A stretch of 33,871 nucleotides of DNA from Folioceros fuciformis (lineage: Eukaryota). The stretch covers positions 1 through 33,871 of the forward strand of contig JBNGIO010005255.1 in NCBI GenBank assembly GCA_049999805.1, in the 5' to 3' direction. This document shows, piece after piece, positions 20,841 to 33,871 of the stretch. Every line of letters starts with the position of its first letter. Position 1 is the first letter of the stretch. The translations under genes and the position numbers were made by a program. A model generated the notes under the pieces. The model was not told the origin of the DNA. It saw only the letters and a program-made list of their open reading frames with translations, and did no database searches.

Positions 20841-23800
20841 TCAATGAGGAAGGGAGACATCCCACTTTTCCCGATGGTCCGTTCCTGGCTTGATAGGACG
20901 AGCCAAGTTAGGATCCGTAGCCCAAGGCTCAGCCTCAGACGCTTCAAGCAGTAATTGCTGCAGCTGCACCTCGTACACAACGTCACTCCGGTGCTCGCGG
21001 TCCACATCTTGCAACTCCTCATTTCTGGACATAGCAAATGCGCTTCGCTGCTTGAGGACCCGGCTGATCCACGGCTCGTCTTTGTTGCTGCTGCTGATGA
21101 GCTTCTCCAAGAGCCGATCCTCACATTGACTGGTGCTAGGCAACCGATGGTCTGCCTCGCCCTCCGTATGATGGCCACTGCCGGTGGCATCAACGATGCG
21201 CCTGGCTACCCAGTCTTTCCACACAGCTCTGTCGTACCTGCGTTCCTCCAGAGTGTGCGAACCAATGAGACGATAGACAAACACCTGCTTTTTCTGGCCG
21301 AGGCGAAAGGCTCGGCTGATGGCTTGTCTGTACACGGCCGGGTTCCACTCGATATCCAGAAAGATGAGCCGCGAAGCTCCAATCAAGCTCACGCCCTCCC
21401 CGCAAGCTTTGGTGGACGCCAGCATGACCTGCACGCTGCTGCTGGCCCTATTAAGCTCGTCTATGTTATGCTGGCGCTCGTCCAGGTTCATGGACCCGTC
21501 AACTTGCATGATTTCCCTGCCCATCAACCAATTGAACCGTGCTGCCAGCATGTGCTGGAGTAGCCTGAGCGGCTTGGTCTTCTGGCAGAAGATCAGCACT
21601 CGTTCCCTCCGGAGCTGACACAACCTCACCAGATTCACCACGAACAATGTCTTCACGCCGTCTCCTGGCTCTGCCTTAGGGAAGGACACGCTTTCTGGCT
21701 CTGATGCTGAGTGTAGGACAGGGTGTATACAAATGCTGGTCACAGTGACATCCGCCTGGAGGGCACTCAAGTTGCTGGGCACCTTCTCCAGCAACTCCTG
21801 CTGCTTCTTGTTGGGCATTAGCACAACAGCAAATTCTCTAAGTTCCGGAAGGCTGGAAAGAACTTTCCTCCCGGCATGGTAGTGCACAAATGCCTTTGTC
21901 AGCTTGGTCAACTTCTTCAGACCGATTAAAACGCCACTGGGCCCCTCATCCTCCCCAATCTCAAATGGCCTTCCAAACTTCTCAGTGAAAAGCCTCCTAG
22001 CCTTGCTTTCCACATCCGCGGCCCCCTCACATCTACCTTTCCTGCCACCTGGCTGCTCCGTCTCCTCCTCAGTCCCATCCTGAGGGGCAGCTGGATGTCG
22101 CCGTGGGGACACATCATGGTTACTACAGTCAGGAATGTCTTCCGCAAATCTTGGCCGAACCAGATAGAGTGTGTTAAAAAGCTCCGAGAAATTGTTCTGA
22201 AACAGAGTTCCCGACAGCAGAATCCGTAGTTTGGTCTTGATGCTCATCAATGCTTTCCTGACTTTGGTCGTCTCATTCCGGGCAAGGTGGCCTTCATCCA
22301 AAATCAAGAGGTCCGGGATCTCGAGCAGAGCATTTCGAATAAAATTTTCTTCTCTGTCTAGCTTGTTCTCGGAATTGTCAATCAACTTAGCGAACATGGA
22401 ATAGGTAGTCATGAGTATGCTCTTTTTCCCACGCCACTGTTGTAGCATTGCTAACCTTTTCAATTGTACCACCTTTGAGGCCGGTATCTGAGAGCCACTC
22501 TTCAGCTGCACCACGTCCTGTTCATCATTCCCGCAGGACTTCCCAGCAGTGTTCAGGATGAAGACAGAGATATCCACTTTCCATTTTCGAAATTCCCTTT
22601 CCCAAGGACGCAGCATGCTTTTGGGCGCGATGATCAGAGTTCTGCGATGGGGATTCACTTGCAGATAGCTCTTAAGGAAACTAATTACAAGAAAAGATTT
22701 CCCTGTGCCTGGGGCATGCGCTAATATGCATCCTCCTGGCTCCTTAATCTTCGAAGAGTTTCCACCGGTGCCACCAATATTTTTCCACAAGAAGTAGAAT
22801 CCCTCCCTTTGATGCTGGTGTAAAAACTTGGCCAATTCTGGAATTGAATCCAACCTGCAGTTAAGCTTATCTGGCCCTTGTTTGGTCTCCAATGGCTTGC
22901 TAGAGTTGAAATCCAAGGAAGCCAATGCCACTTTGAAATCCTCATCCTCGTGTTTTTCCTGCTTCATTTTCGATCGACAGGACGACCAAGAATCCTGCAG
23001 TCATCCATGTTCACACAAAAGTACACGTCAGTTGTTGAATAGCTGTCGCACCTCTATTTGGGCCCTTAACACAAACCCAGAGGAGCACGTTGAGCCTTAC
23101 AATTTCAGGTACCATGTCTGCAATGTCCATACCAACCATGGCACACTTCGAGCAGACTAATCCTACATATTCATCCAGGAGGAAGTTATGCTCGTTCTTG
23201 GGGCATCGTTTGCCTGTAGTATCAGTCTCTCCTACGATAGCCAGAGACTTCTCAGCCTGCAAAAAGCACCACGGCATCTCAGTCCACGAACAATTGATTC
23301 GACAAACCTCTTCATGCAAATACTGGCGTGGTGGGCATGATAGCTCACAACAGATCGCGAGAAAGCTTCCTCCAGTAATATGTCCTCATAATCCTGCCAC
23401 AGTTTGGCATGAGGATCCTCCTCAGCCTCAGGACTCAATGGGCAGGAAGGCTTCTTCAAGTCTTCCATGAATGGCTCGCGTTCTCTATCATAAAATCCGC
23501 CCATGGGAGCCACCGCCGGTGAGCATTCCACCCTTCCATCAGCTTCGACTGCACCGCTATCCTCCACTGGTTTGTGAAGTTTGCCCTCGGAATGCGCATC
23601 CAGTTCTGTTGGGCATAATTTGATGCGCTTGAGTTTCTGGTCTCCAGAACCTGTAAAGCACTGTCCTTCACCCGTTCGCTTATTGTTCTTCCACATAGGC
23701 CTAATGTCTTCAGAGACGTCTAAAATGGGTGTCGCGGTGTCGCAGGCTTTCGTACCAAAAGCATAGGCAGGCTTTGCCGAGACCCCAACAACCCCCTCGT

Positions 23801-25844
23801 TGTCAGATACAGTGCCTGAAGAAGGGCCACTCACATCTACAGACCTGATTGCATGACGGCCTCCCTTGAAATGGTGACACCCACGGGGCTTCTCAGCTTC
23901 AAGTGCTCCCATGTGTGGCAGCGAATCTCTATTGGATTTGCCTCTTAGTTTGGACTGGGATTCTCCCGGTGTCCTCCCAACCGGCTCCGGAAGATCGCCT
24001 AGTTGCTGGTGACCATGCAGTAGAATTCCCCCAACCCCACATTTCCTGTCTGGTAAACCGTTAATGAGTACGGCCTGCTCCTTCCGTCCAGAGGGCCTCT
24101 TCATCCATCGGAAAGTGTCAGCGCTCGTCGAGCACTGACGACTTTCTTCCCGGGCAGCTGGATCACGGGGAGCAACATCTGCAGACGATGATGGAGAAAT
24201 CCGTTTCCTGACGGATTCCGACATGGAACTTGTCGACGAGAGTACCTTCTCCCAAGAATTTACAGAATCATAGACTCCGACTGGAGACTTCCTTCCAGGA
24301 GATGCGTGAGTTTGAGACGATGAGACATCGCCAAGCCTGTTGAGTCGGGGACTAGAGCCGCGCACTAGAGCAGGTCTGGACAAGGCAAGCTTACGCTGTA
24401 CCTTGGGACCGCTGAAGCAGATCTTCTGGCTCTGATAGCTGGACCCCTGAGTTGGCCCTGGTGTGGCTGCTTCCCGATTCCTGGCAGACATCGTATCATC
24501 TGTCCCGTGTCCCGCAGATGCTAGGCTCGCGTGGGCATCATACCTTAGGGTCCTTGGGGAGCTCCAGCACCTGAAACTGTCGGCGCTTGAGGAATATAGG
24601 TCATCCTCATTGCAAAAGTCCTCTTGCAATGCATGATTGAGGCGGGCACAGCCTTGGTGGGCAGACCTGGGCAACTCCAGGTTGCGACGTGAAACAGCTG
24701 CATCTGGACCTCTGTCATCTTCCCAGGACTGAGCAGAGAGATGAGAGTCACAATCCGTTCTGGATTGGGAGCTGGTGCTTACAGACAGTTCCACGCATGA
24801 GTTAGAGTACAAAGCCCGGGCAGAGAAGTATTTTCCTATGAGTCGGTTGAAAGTGGCAAGCTTGTGCTGAGGCTTAGCGGCTCCTTTGGGGACGGGAAGC
24901 GTGGGGAGCAGCTCTTCCAGAAGATGGTCGAGAGAGCCCCACAATTGCTTCTGCAGGACACATATCTTGCCGATGCCGATCGTCTTGGAGCCCGTCAAGA
25001 GGCGCCTGTTCGTTAGGTCCCCGCGCTCATCCTTAACGTCATAGAATTCCACGACAAACTTGCAGTTGCAAACCCGCTGGTGGGGCCTACGGAACACTTT
25101 GATGACTTTGGCATCGAACCACGCCTGCACTAGCGAGTGGCAGCAAGTCGATGATGAGATGACTGCATTGCTAGCAGGGCGAGCGAGGAAAGGCATTAGA
25201 GGGCAGACAGGCTTACCGACGACGAGGTCGCACAGCCCTTCATCTCGTGGGCGTGCGGATGAGCAGCAAAGACGGTGATATCCACCCCAGAGGACAGCGT
25301 TCCATCAGCACAATCATGAACCGTCGCCTTGCGAGAACGCAAGCGCAGAGTATCGGCAGGGACTTGCTCGTCGTACGAGTCAGTGAAATTGACGTAATGG
25401 ATGCGATAAACCCTGCCCACTTTCCGAATGACTTCAGCGTCCCACCATGAGCCACCGCTGTAGGCTTCCAGAAGCACTGTGCAAGGCAAGGCAAGGCAAG
25501 GTTGGGCAATTCCTAGAACCACGGGAGGTAGCAGATGAGAGCCGAACAGTAGTTGTGGCAGTAGCAGGAGATGGAGCGCGAGCAAACTTACAGCCGTTTT
25601 GGCCCAAGATGTCCAGGCGAGGCAGCTGCTTGACGATACGGGTGGCGGTGCCGATGCCCTTGCTCTGGCCCTGCAGGTCCTTGTAAAGAGGCACCGGAGC
25701 AAGTTTGCCATGCGGCGGCTGTTGCTGCTGCTGCCAGGAGCCCCTCGGAGGGGGAGGAGAAGGGGAGGAGGAAGGGAGGGCCGAAGACGAAGAAGGAGGA
25801 GTGTGTTTCGTTCGTCCACCACGGGCCGACACCCCCGCTCGCAT
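20841..25844 (-). CDS. CLSY: CLASSY/DRD1-family SNF2 chromatin remodeller (RdDM) with N-terminal SAWADEE-like domain, 5 exons
   Basis: Approximate exons: 25844-25592, 25476-25217, ~25125-23349, ~23256-23101, ~23005-20841. Helicase motifs GGCILAHAPGTGKS, LILDEGH..RN, LSGTLFQNNF.EL, ASTKACGEGVSLIGASR, QAISRAFRLGQ. Cys/His motif CPKNEHNFLLDEYVGLVCSKC. N-terminal EAYSGGSWWD..LRLRSRKAT..DC..GVD | WFDAKV..RRPH..CNCKFVV. Confidence 0.92.
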
Positions 25845-28250
25845 TTCCGCTTCCGGCTCTGCCTATGCCTGTGCCTGCGCCTTTGCCTTCGCCTGTGTCC
25901 TGCTCTCTGTGGCCCAGGTAGGAGCGTTGAACTTCGGGTGCAGCAAGCAAGAACGACGCCGTCGCCCGCCCAAGTGGCAACGGAACGAAGTGGGTTCCCG
26001 ACCGTCCATTTCTGTATGTAACTTTAAAAACGAAGCCCTAATGCGGTCCGTCGTCCGGAAGTTGTCTGTGGTCCTCACTGTCCTGTTTGGGTACGACGAG
26101 TGGCGAACCTCGTTTTCGGCTCGCCTCCTGCGTGAACTCGGCTCTACTCGGCCTGGGGGGCTTTTCAAATAATGTACATACATACATACATACATACAGT
26201 GCAGGAGGAGGCGATCAGACAAGAAAAGGCAAGGAAAGGCAAGGCAAGTCTGGAGGGGCACTCCTCGGTCCCGAATTCGGTGGCACATGACCGGCTACCG
26301 GCTTGCCGACAAGAGAGAGAGGCCGCCATATCGCGTCACAATCATCAACCCCCGGGGCCCTTTTTAAAAGGCTTCCAACTTCCTGCCCGAGGGCCCTTTG
26401 CACCTTGTCGCAACCCTCACTATCTGCCGTTGCCCGGTAGCGCCTACCTGTATTGTGTAATGATACGGCAGGCATGTTGTGGCATGGACATGACATTAAA
26501 GCTTGCAAGATGGGGTGGAACCCCTCCCCCCACCCCGAGCGGTCCCACCACCTCGCCACCTGGCAGCACATTTCAGTTCAAGCTACTTGGGTGGTGGACC
26601 ACGTGATGGGTGACTTGACTGGTCACGGGCTTGGCACATATATACAGTATATATGTACACACTGCGTCCTCTTCTCTTGTGCCACTCCAATCCTCCACAA
26701 TCCCAGCCCAATTATTATGTGCATATTTCAAATGCTCACCTTTATACCCCACTCCCACTATCTATAAAAACATATTTTAACTGTAGTAATTTATATTATT
26801 TATTAATTATTTTCTTCTATTATCAAAAAAATATTAGAGAAATTTTTGACTTAGTCAGTATTTTTAATTTTTACTCAACAATAAATTACTTCAATTGTTG
26901 TACTTGCTTGAAGTTTAGATTGGACACCACCGGTGGCATGTGTGAAGCTTGAAGTTCCTTCTTATAAGGTAAATTATATATTTATATAATACTTGTCCAT
27001 GCAAGTAGTTCATCAATAACAAGTGTAAGGTGTGAACATATACAACATCTTACTCTATCATCCATTTGTAGGAATTGCAAGTTATAGGCGTAAATCATTC
27101 ATTACCACTTCTCGTCATGTCATGTACTAATCTCATTATACGTTGTCTTAAGGTACATAACTTAGTCCCAACCAATGAACTCAGCATATAATCAAATCAT
27201 TCCACACTCAACAATGGCTTTGGGTTTAGTAGCTTCATCCACACTTGTGGGCTGGCCGGTAGGCTAGTAGGCACTATTGAACATCATTACTCCACGACAT
27301 CTCATAATATTGGAAAGGAGACTATTTACCTTCAGCTCTCTTGGTATTGTTTCCATTTCAACTTTGATCTTTTCGAAAGTGTTACTGGGCCCTCTAGCGA
27401 TTGTTCCCCCTCTCCACCTTCAGCCCCAGTGGAATTGTTGTTGTTCCTCCCCCGTTTTGGGGTGATAAACCCTCCCCAACTCCCTTTTAACAAAATATAT
27501 AACTTCATAAAATCACTGCATACGTAGTAAGTACAAAGGTAGGAAGAGGTTTTTGGAACTCAATATGGCTCGTTTATCGCTCGTGGCCCCTCTCCGTTGC
27601 CTACTACTTCGCATCCCCCTTAAATCCGTTCGCTGTAAACACCCGGCCATGTGCAACTACCCGTACCCGCAAGACCTACATCGGGCAACCCGCTTGCAAT
27701 ATGTCCAAATTCATTCTGCAAGGACTAACTCATCAGCCTGGATTAACTGCCCACTTACCTCCTCTCCTACGATCAGAAGAAACCACATGCCAGCATCTGG
27801 CCCATTACAAGACATTTCATAATTCCTGTACGCGATCACATACAGTACTGTACAGCGAGATCGATTTCAAACGCCCACCATCACAATTGAATGCACACGT
27901 CCTGTTTCTTACTTTTATCGTTCTAAACCGTCAAATTCATACGTCACGGACATCATTCAATAATCCGACAGGAGATAAGGTTACACAGCAGGAGGAACTC
28001 GTCATCACCAAGTCAAGCTTCGCCACCGGCTACCTTGGGCACGCTTGTATACATGCTGACGGCAGATTCATTCTGCCTTTGATACAAGAAGACAAAAGTC
28101 TCCACTAAGTATTAACTTATGGGCTTCTCACAATTCTGCATACAAAACATGCAGCTGCAGTCAATATCAACCACTCATGACCCTGTCCATTGCTTTTCAG
28201 CTGCTCGTCATCGCAAGCATCGACAAAAGAACAATGCAGTAACGGACCTC

Positions 28251-31242
28251 CTATCCCGGATGCTGCTGTTCACACCCGGCCTGCTCTAAGCTAGCTGCAC
28301 AACACTCTACAATAAAAGCAACCCCGGAAATTGGACAAACCTTCCAGAGAGAGAACCGTGCAGCCCTCCTTTTGCCGAGCTCAGGCGTCTAGTCCTACTC
28401 TCCCTCTCAGCTCGCAGTGCAAGCAGTTCTTTCTCCATAGCAGCCACTTCCCGGCGCATCTTCTTAGCCTCCACCTCCATAGCTTTAGACAAAGTGTCCA
28501 CCTTTTTTGAAAGCATCTGCACCACACTTCAGCTAAGAAGAGCGATCCTCTGCAAAGTGACCATGTTGCCAAAACCAGGAGCACATTATACAAACTCTCT
28601 AACATTCAAGCACATACCTCTATAGCATCATCTTTATCCTTCAGGCTCTGATCTTTCTCATGGCCAGCTCTTCTGAGAATAATCACTTCCTTTTGTAGCA
28701 CGTCATATAACAAACTGGAAACCGTGTCTTCTTTACACTCCGAAGAGTCAACCTTCTCTGCTTCTGGGGGAAGCGACACGGGGCCTGACTCCTGGAGCCT
28801 GCTGTCTGGAATGTCGTCAAAACCATTAGCATAGGACTTAACCCTCATCCCACTGTCAGAAGGCCGGCCCCCATCGAAAGACTTTGAGGTTAATTTCCCA
28901 GTCTTAAGCATAGAAGAGCCAGACACTGATGCTCTTAACAGGGATGATGAAGTCCTCTGGCGCCTGAACCCATTCACAAATGACTTCATTGCATCTTCAG
29001 ACCCTGTGGACTGTCGACGAGGGAATCCATTCAAAACACTTCGCAAGCCCTCATCTGGACCTGTTGAGAGCAGTCTGCGGGAAGATCCATTGGCAGGCGT
29101 CTTCAAACCCTCCTCGAGAACCTTCAGTCTCAGCTGGAACTTCTCCTGGGGGGAAGACAACAATTTGATGTATTATCAGAGAACTGGCACAAGGGGGGGA
29201 GTACTAGCGCAGGCTGCTGGTCTCACCTTCAGCTGTAGCTCCGTTTTAGCAGTCCGTTCAGCTATAGATAACTTGTCTCGCAATTGTTGCATCTCACCCT
29301 ATTCAACGACAGTCACACTTCATTTGTCATTACAACCACCACATATCGTGCAGACCAACGCGTGCAAAGAAAAGAGAAGAAAGCAGTGGCTACCTGCATG
29401 AACCGCCTCTCTTCAAGCCACTGACGTACAGGCATGACCTTATCATTGGCGTCTTTCCACTCATTCGCTACAACCACAGCCACTCTGTTGGCAGTAATTT
29501 TCACCCGTGCTAGTTCCCTCTCTAGGGTCCTCTTCTCCTCCTGACAACAAAGTGGACATGTGAGGTGCATAACAGCGTGTGCTCTGCAATGAGCAGAAAT
29601 TGCGGGTGAAGTGTTCAATTCAATCATACCACCAGCTTATGGACTTGTCGCTGACAGTCTATTATAGTATTTGCACTTGCACCTCCAGCGAGCAAAGCTT
29701 CTTCAAGCTCAGCAACAGAAGTGCTCAACTTTTCAACTTCAGCCACCTTTTGTCGATGCATTTTATCAAGTACTTTGCTCTCCTCCTGTAACATAAGTTG
29801 TCACTTGTGAGAGTGACAGATGCTGTGTAATGCTATGTCACTCGTCTGTGAGTAGCGGTTCCTGCGTAATGCAATGGCACAAGCACTGGGGGTTGTCGTC
29901 CAACCTGTAAATTTTCGATCTGCTTCAATAATTCCTGATTCCGGTTTTGCAGGTCATCCACCAGGGACGCCTTTGCTTCAGCAACCTGTATAGACTTCTC
30001 TGCTTCGAGCAGGGCAGCTTCTTTGGACTTAGTCAGACGATCCAGCGCCCGGTTGTCATCCTGCAATTTTGCAATCTGCAGCCAGAAAAGTTTGCATGAA
30101 CACTAAAACGTACATACACAGGCCACAGTATCCACGAGGCGAGGACAGCCCCTTCGGGCTCATAGTCGCCCTGCAAGTTTAAGCATCAAGCCGTCGAAGG
30201 AGCACACAGTACCTCCTGTCTCGCAAGCTTCAACTCGGCTTCAAGCGGTGCAAGAATAGCTTCAATAGGTGGCAACTCTTCATCTTTCTGGGCAGCATGT
30301 ACTCTTCTGAGAGTTGCTTCTGCTGCAAATTGAGCAGCGAGTGCTGCTTTCCGTTCATCACTTATTCTCTTTATCTCAAGCGTCTGAAGTATATACATCA
30401 AAGGTGTCAGAAATGCAATGTAGACCAACTTGCTGTGGTCTGGCACACGGTCACTACACTGCTGCTGCACGTGAGTGAGTCTGACTGACCTTGTTATCCA
30501 ACAAGATCTCCGTGGCCTTGAGCTTCTCATCAGTTTTTTCCAACTCCTCGTATAGCTGGAAGGATGCCATGAAACATGCGAGACAGATGGAAAGGGCCAT
30601 CAGACGGCAGGCATAAATAACGCTATCCCTCAGCGGTACTGGAATCGCAAAAGTATGCAGGCAACAAAGCCCCACGCACGGAAAATGGAACGACAGGACA
30701 CACTGAAGCAGTCACGGACAGAGAGAGGGTTGGGAGGTGCCGGTTTACCTCTTCTACCGCCTTCTCCTTTTGCCTGTCGGCCAATCTCAACGCCTTGATC
30801 TCGGACTGAGCTTCTGCTAGTTCACGGTCCTTGTCTGCCAAGAGAAGAAGACAGGCGACAAGGACAGCGTACATACATCGATCCGAGTAAGCATGAGGCC
30901 CAGGCGTAGGAGTGGACATTGTGCAATACTGTCAAGCAAAAGAGTAGCGCTGCACGTTCTACCGGGACAATGAGCAATGAAAGGCCTCCGAGACAAACCT
31001 CTCAGTTCGTTCTCCAACCGGTTTAACTCGACCTTGACAGGGTCGGAACCATGCAGCAAATTGATAAGCTCGTCAGTTTCCAAGTTGGGCCGGATGGAGC
31101 TCCTCCTTTTCGCTTTGGTGTCGGACTTAGGGGGAAATGAGGAATGGTGCGTGGAGGAGGCGTCGAAGCTGGGCTTAGCATCGATGTGCAGGCTATCAAG
31201 TAGGTTATCGTCTTCGTCTAAACTACTGCGGGAGTCGCCCAT
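28251..31242 (-). CDS. MAP70: Microtubule-associated protein 70 (plant coiled-coil MAP70), multi-exon
   Basis: LLHGSDPVKVELNRLENELR|DKDRELAEAQSEIKALR, AQFAAEATLRRVHAAQKD, LQDDNRALDRLTKSKEAALLEAE, VVANEWKDANDKVMPVRQWLEERRFMQ|GEMQQLRDKL, LYDVLQKEV, MLSKKVDTLSKAMEVEAKKMRRE. Well supported down to ~28341; the last short exon and the stop are uncertain. Confidence 0.93.
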
Positions 31243-31497
31243 CGCACCAGCTAGAAAGGGACAATTGTGGCCCAAGGCAGGCTGGTGGCACTACGAGTCA
31301 CCAGTCCGCAGATGGACCCAGCAGCGGGGGCCTGTAGAGAAGGAGTAGCCGCAGCCGCTGCCAAAGCCGAAGAAAAGAGGAGCGGACCATCTCCGCCGTT
31401 CAGGTCCAGTCGACTGGGAACAGACAGGCAGAAGCTGAAGGGTGGAAGGAAGGAAGGAACGGGATGGGCACCGGACGGGAGCAAGGACAGCCTGCGG

Positions 31498-31697
31498 GGA
31501 GCGGGAGTGAGGAGTGTGGAGCGGGAGTGAGGAGTGCGAAGCGGAAACGAGGAGTGCGGAGCGGAAGCGCAAGTAGGGGAGGGAGGGAAGGAGGGAGAAG
31601 TCGGACACAGGTGCAGTAGCGCCAAGAGACCGACTATACACTAATAACTAGCTGGCATAGCATAGCCCCGCAACCGAGCAACCGAGCAACCGAGCAA
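31498..31697. repeat. Short tandem repeats upstream of MAP70 (~20-bp gagcgggagtgaggagtg units; (CAACCGAG)3 at 31671-31694)
   Basis: Directly visible repeated units. Confidence 0.6.
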
Positions 31698-33871
31698 GAA
31701 GTCCTGCCGGGAACTGGGGCCCTCATCAACACAGCTTCCCGCGTCTCCACAGTTTCGCCAACCCGACCGTTTCCATTTCGCCCGCCGTTGCCTCTTGCCG
31801 TCCGTCCGTGTTCTTCGCGACCAGATGCCCACTCCTTTCAAAAAACGAAAAAAAAAAAACACAGATTTCAGCACTCGCCACATGGCCGCATAGCCGACTG
31901 GACCCTTCAAGTATGTACGTACCTCGTGGTTAAAACCCATAAATAACGCCCTTTCAGGCTTTTCACCACCTCGTTTTTCTCACAAAAACGTCTTCTAACA
32001 ACTATATATATAAATAATTGACTCCGAGATTTGGACGAGGACGCGGTGCTCCTTTCGCAATAAGCACCGTGTTTTCCGTATCATCAATTTTACGTCCTCT
32101 GAAAATCTTTCCACCATTCTCGGCTTGCCACAACTTCTTTGATAGTGCTACCCACAGATGGATACCGATATCCTCACGCCTGATGCATGACCAGACCACC
32201 TAAGCCAATTTGTAGGTCAGGTCAATAATTTGACGCCTCCCCCTCCCCCCGGGAGACAAATTGCGAATCACCCAATTGACGATATCCGCCGTTTCCCTAC
32301 TCGCATCCGGTGTACCGATGGTTATCTGACTGACAGACAGGGTTTCTCAAGTAATAAGGCTGGAGACGATGTACACAGGCAGCGGCTTTCAAGGGCGGTC
32401 GCTATGAGGCCACTGCCTTGCCTCCCGTGCCTGTATAGACTCGATGCCAACTCGCACGAGCAGGCCTACGTAGACACCTGCAACTTGGAGAAGACATAGA
32501 AGTGAACACTCCTTGGGCTTGGGTAAGCCGCATCCTAGTGTGTGTGTGTGTAGCCGATTGAGATCGGTGCCATGGTGCGAGTATGATCAACACCCCGAAT
32601 TTAGTATGCGTTGGGCAAAAGCACCCAGAGCGAGAGCGACAGTTTGTTTTGGCTAGCTAGCAAAATGGAGGAACGAGCTACTCATACCGGGCTGCTGCAG
32701 GGAACATGGTCTTCTTTGCCACTTAAAGCCTCAAGGAAACTAACTTCCCGCTGGCACACTTGGCACACCAACTCGAGTGTGTGAAGGAGGGAATTCTTTC
32801 ACTCCACCACATCATCGCATATGCATATGCCTTGAGGTAGATGGTTTTCAATGTGTCTAATATGGGTATGCATTAAGTGCTCTACTAAGTATATTCTAAC
32901 TAGAATATGTTAGAAACAAAAGACATCTTCCACATGGCCTCAATATGGAATCCCAACACGGGTACCACCCTTCATGTGGCACGAAATTTGTGACATTTGC
33001 ATACCAAGGCAATTTCCGACCATCACAAACTTGACCATATGGTATAGGCTAGGTGTGCCCTTAACATCCCTATGTGGCCATCACAAACATGATCATATGG
33101 GCTGGGTGTGCCCCTCAAACATTCCAATGCTGCCATCACAACCATCACTCATCACAACACAACTTTTCTATTGGACACAACGTTCTTTCTTTCTTCTGCA
33201 AGTAAGAAGCATGTATGATTAGCCATTATAACCATAGCCATCACAACTTTCCTATAGAACACAATTATTTCTTTTTGACACAAATAGGGAGAATGTGTGA
33301 CTAGTTTTTCCAACACAAGCAATGATTGTGGTTGCTAGACCCACAAAACTCTTTGAGTCCAGCATTTAGTGGCCACAAATCCCCCACTATCATTGTAGAG
33401 TTCCTCTCAGGCTATCCCGTTGAGTGTTAGCTCCCGGCTCTTCTTCACACGGTGAATCTAGCTAAACAGTGGAGTGAATCCCCTCCATACCACGTAGGTG
33501 TGTTCGCCTCCTTTGTCAAGGATATCTTCTCCTTCTCAAGATTGAATCCAAATGGCTCCAATAGCTGAGCTAGCTATGCAACAAACACATCAAACGTCTT
33601 CTTTCCTCAAAACAAAAATTAGACACCCACTTCTCCCCACACACCTTGTGAAGCTTGTCCTACTTATAGGCCTACCCCTACCAATAGTTAGTTTTAGGTC
33701 TCGTTGGGTAGCGTTAATTACAAGATATCTACCGTAAAATCAAAGGAGTGGAGCACTTGCAAGATTATAAAAATCCAACTAAATCTAACTAAGTTGCCTT
33801 TTTGCTCTTCCTTGCTAAGTATTTTGTTAAAGGTATTATTTAGACCTAAGTATACATTGCTACCACTTAGG

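Noticed and set aside
20890-21618. Plus-strand ORFs of up to 202 aa opposite CLSY (similar ones lie opposite MAP70)
   Set aside because: Antisense shadows of real coding exons.
1466-25844. Functional linkage between the methyltransferase pseudogene and CLSY as a methylation 'cluster'
   Set aside because: They are about 17 kb apart, separated by transposons and unrelated genes; there is no evidence beyond proximity.
26640-27540. AT-rich intergenic stretch, possibly a transposon remnant
   Set aside because: No termini, TSD or protein motif that I can support.
32700-33871. Repeat-like, CpG-poor sequence with ccatcacaa motifs
   Set aside because: Probably a decayed repeat, but no diagnostic domain or boundary is visible.

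Overview
Eukaryotic DNA from a land plant; compact genes with short introns suggest a non-seed plant, but the species cannot be determined from sequence alone. The right half holds four multi-exon host genes, all on the minus strand: an ABIL/ABI-1-like SCAR/WAVE subunit (15135-16920), an ALB3L/OXA2-type membrane insertase with a TPR-like tail (17551-20660), a CLASSY-type SNF2 remodeller with an N-terminal SAWADEE-like domain (20841-25844) and MAP70 (~28251-31242). The left half is a cluster of decayed transposons with three nested levels. A Ty1/copia element (~4340-14450) is split inside its integrase by a TG...CA element with a TATAC target-site duplication (5176-12593). That element in turn carries a complete Mutator-like element with TIRs and a 9-bp TSD (6094-10047). 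The most unusual item is at ~673-3934 (+): several small ORFs that join into one stop-riddled frame with a probable intron. It encodes a ParB/Srx-like domain fused to a prokaryote-type beta-class amino (N4C/N6A) DNA methyltransferase.
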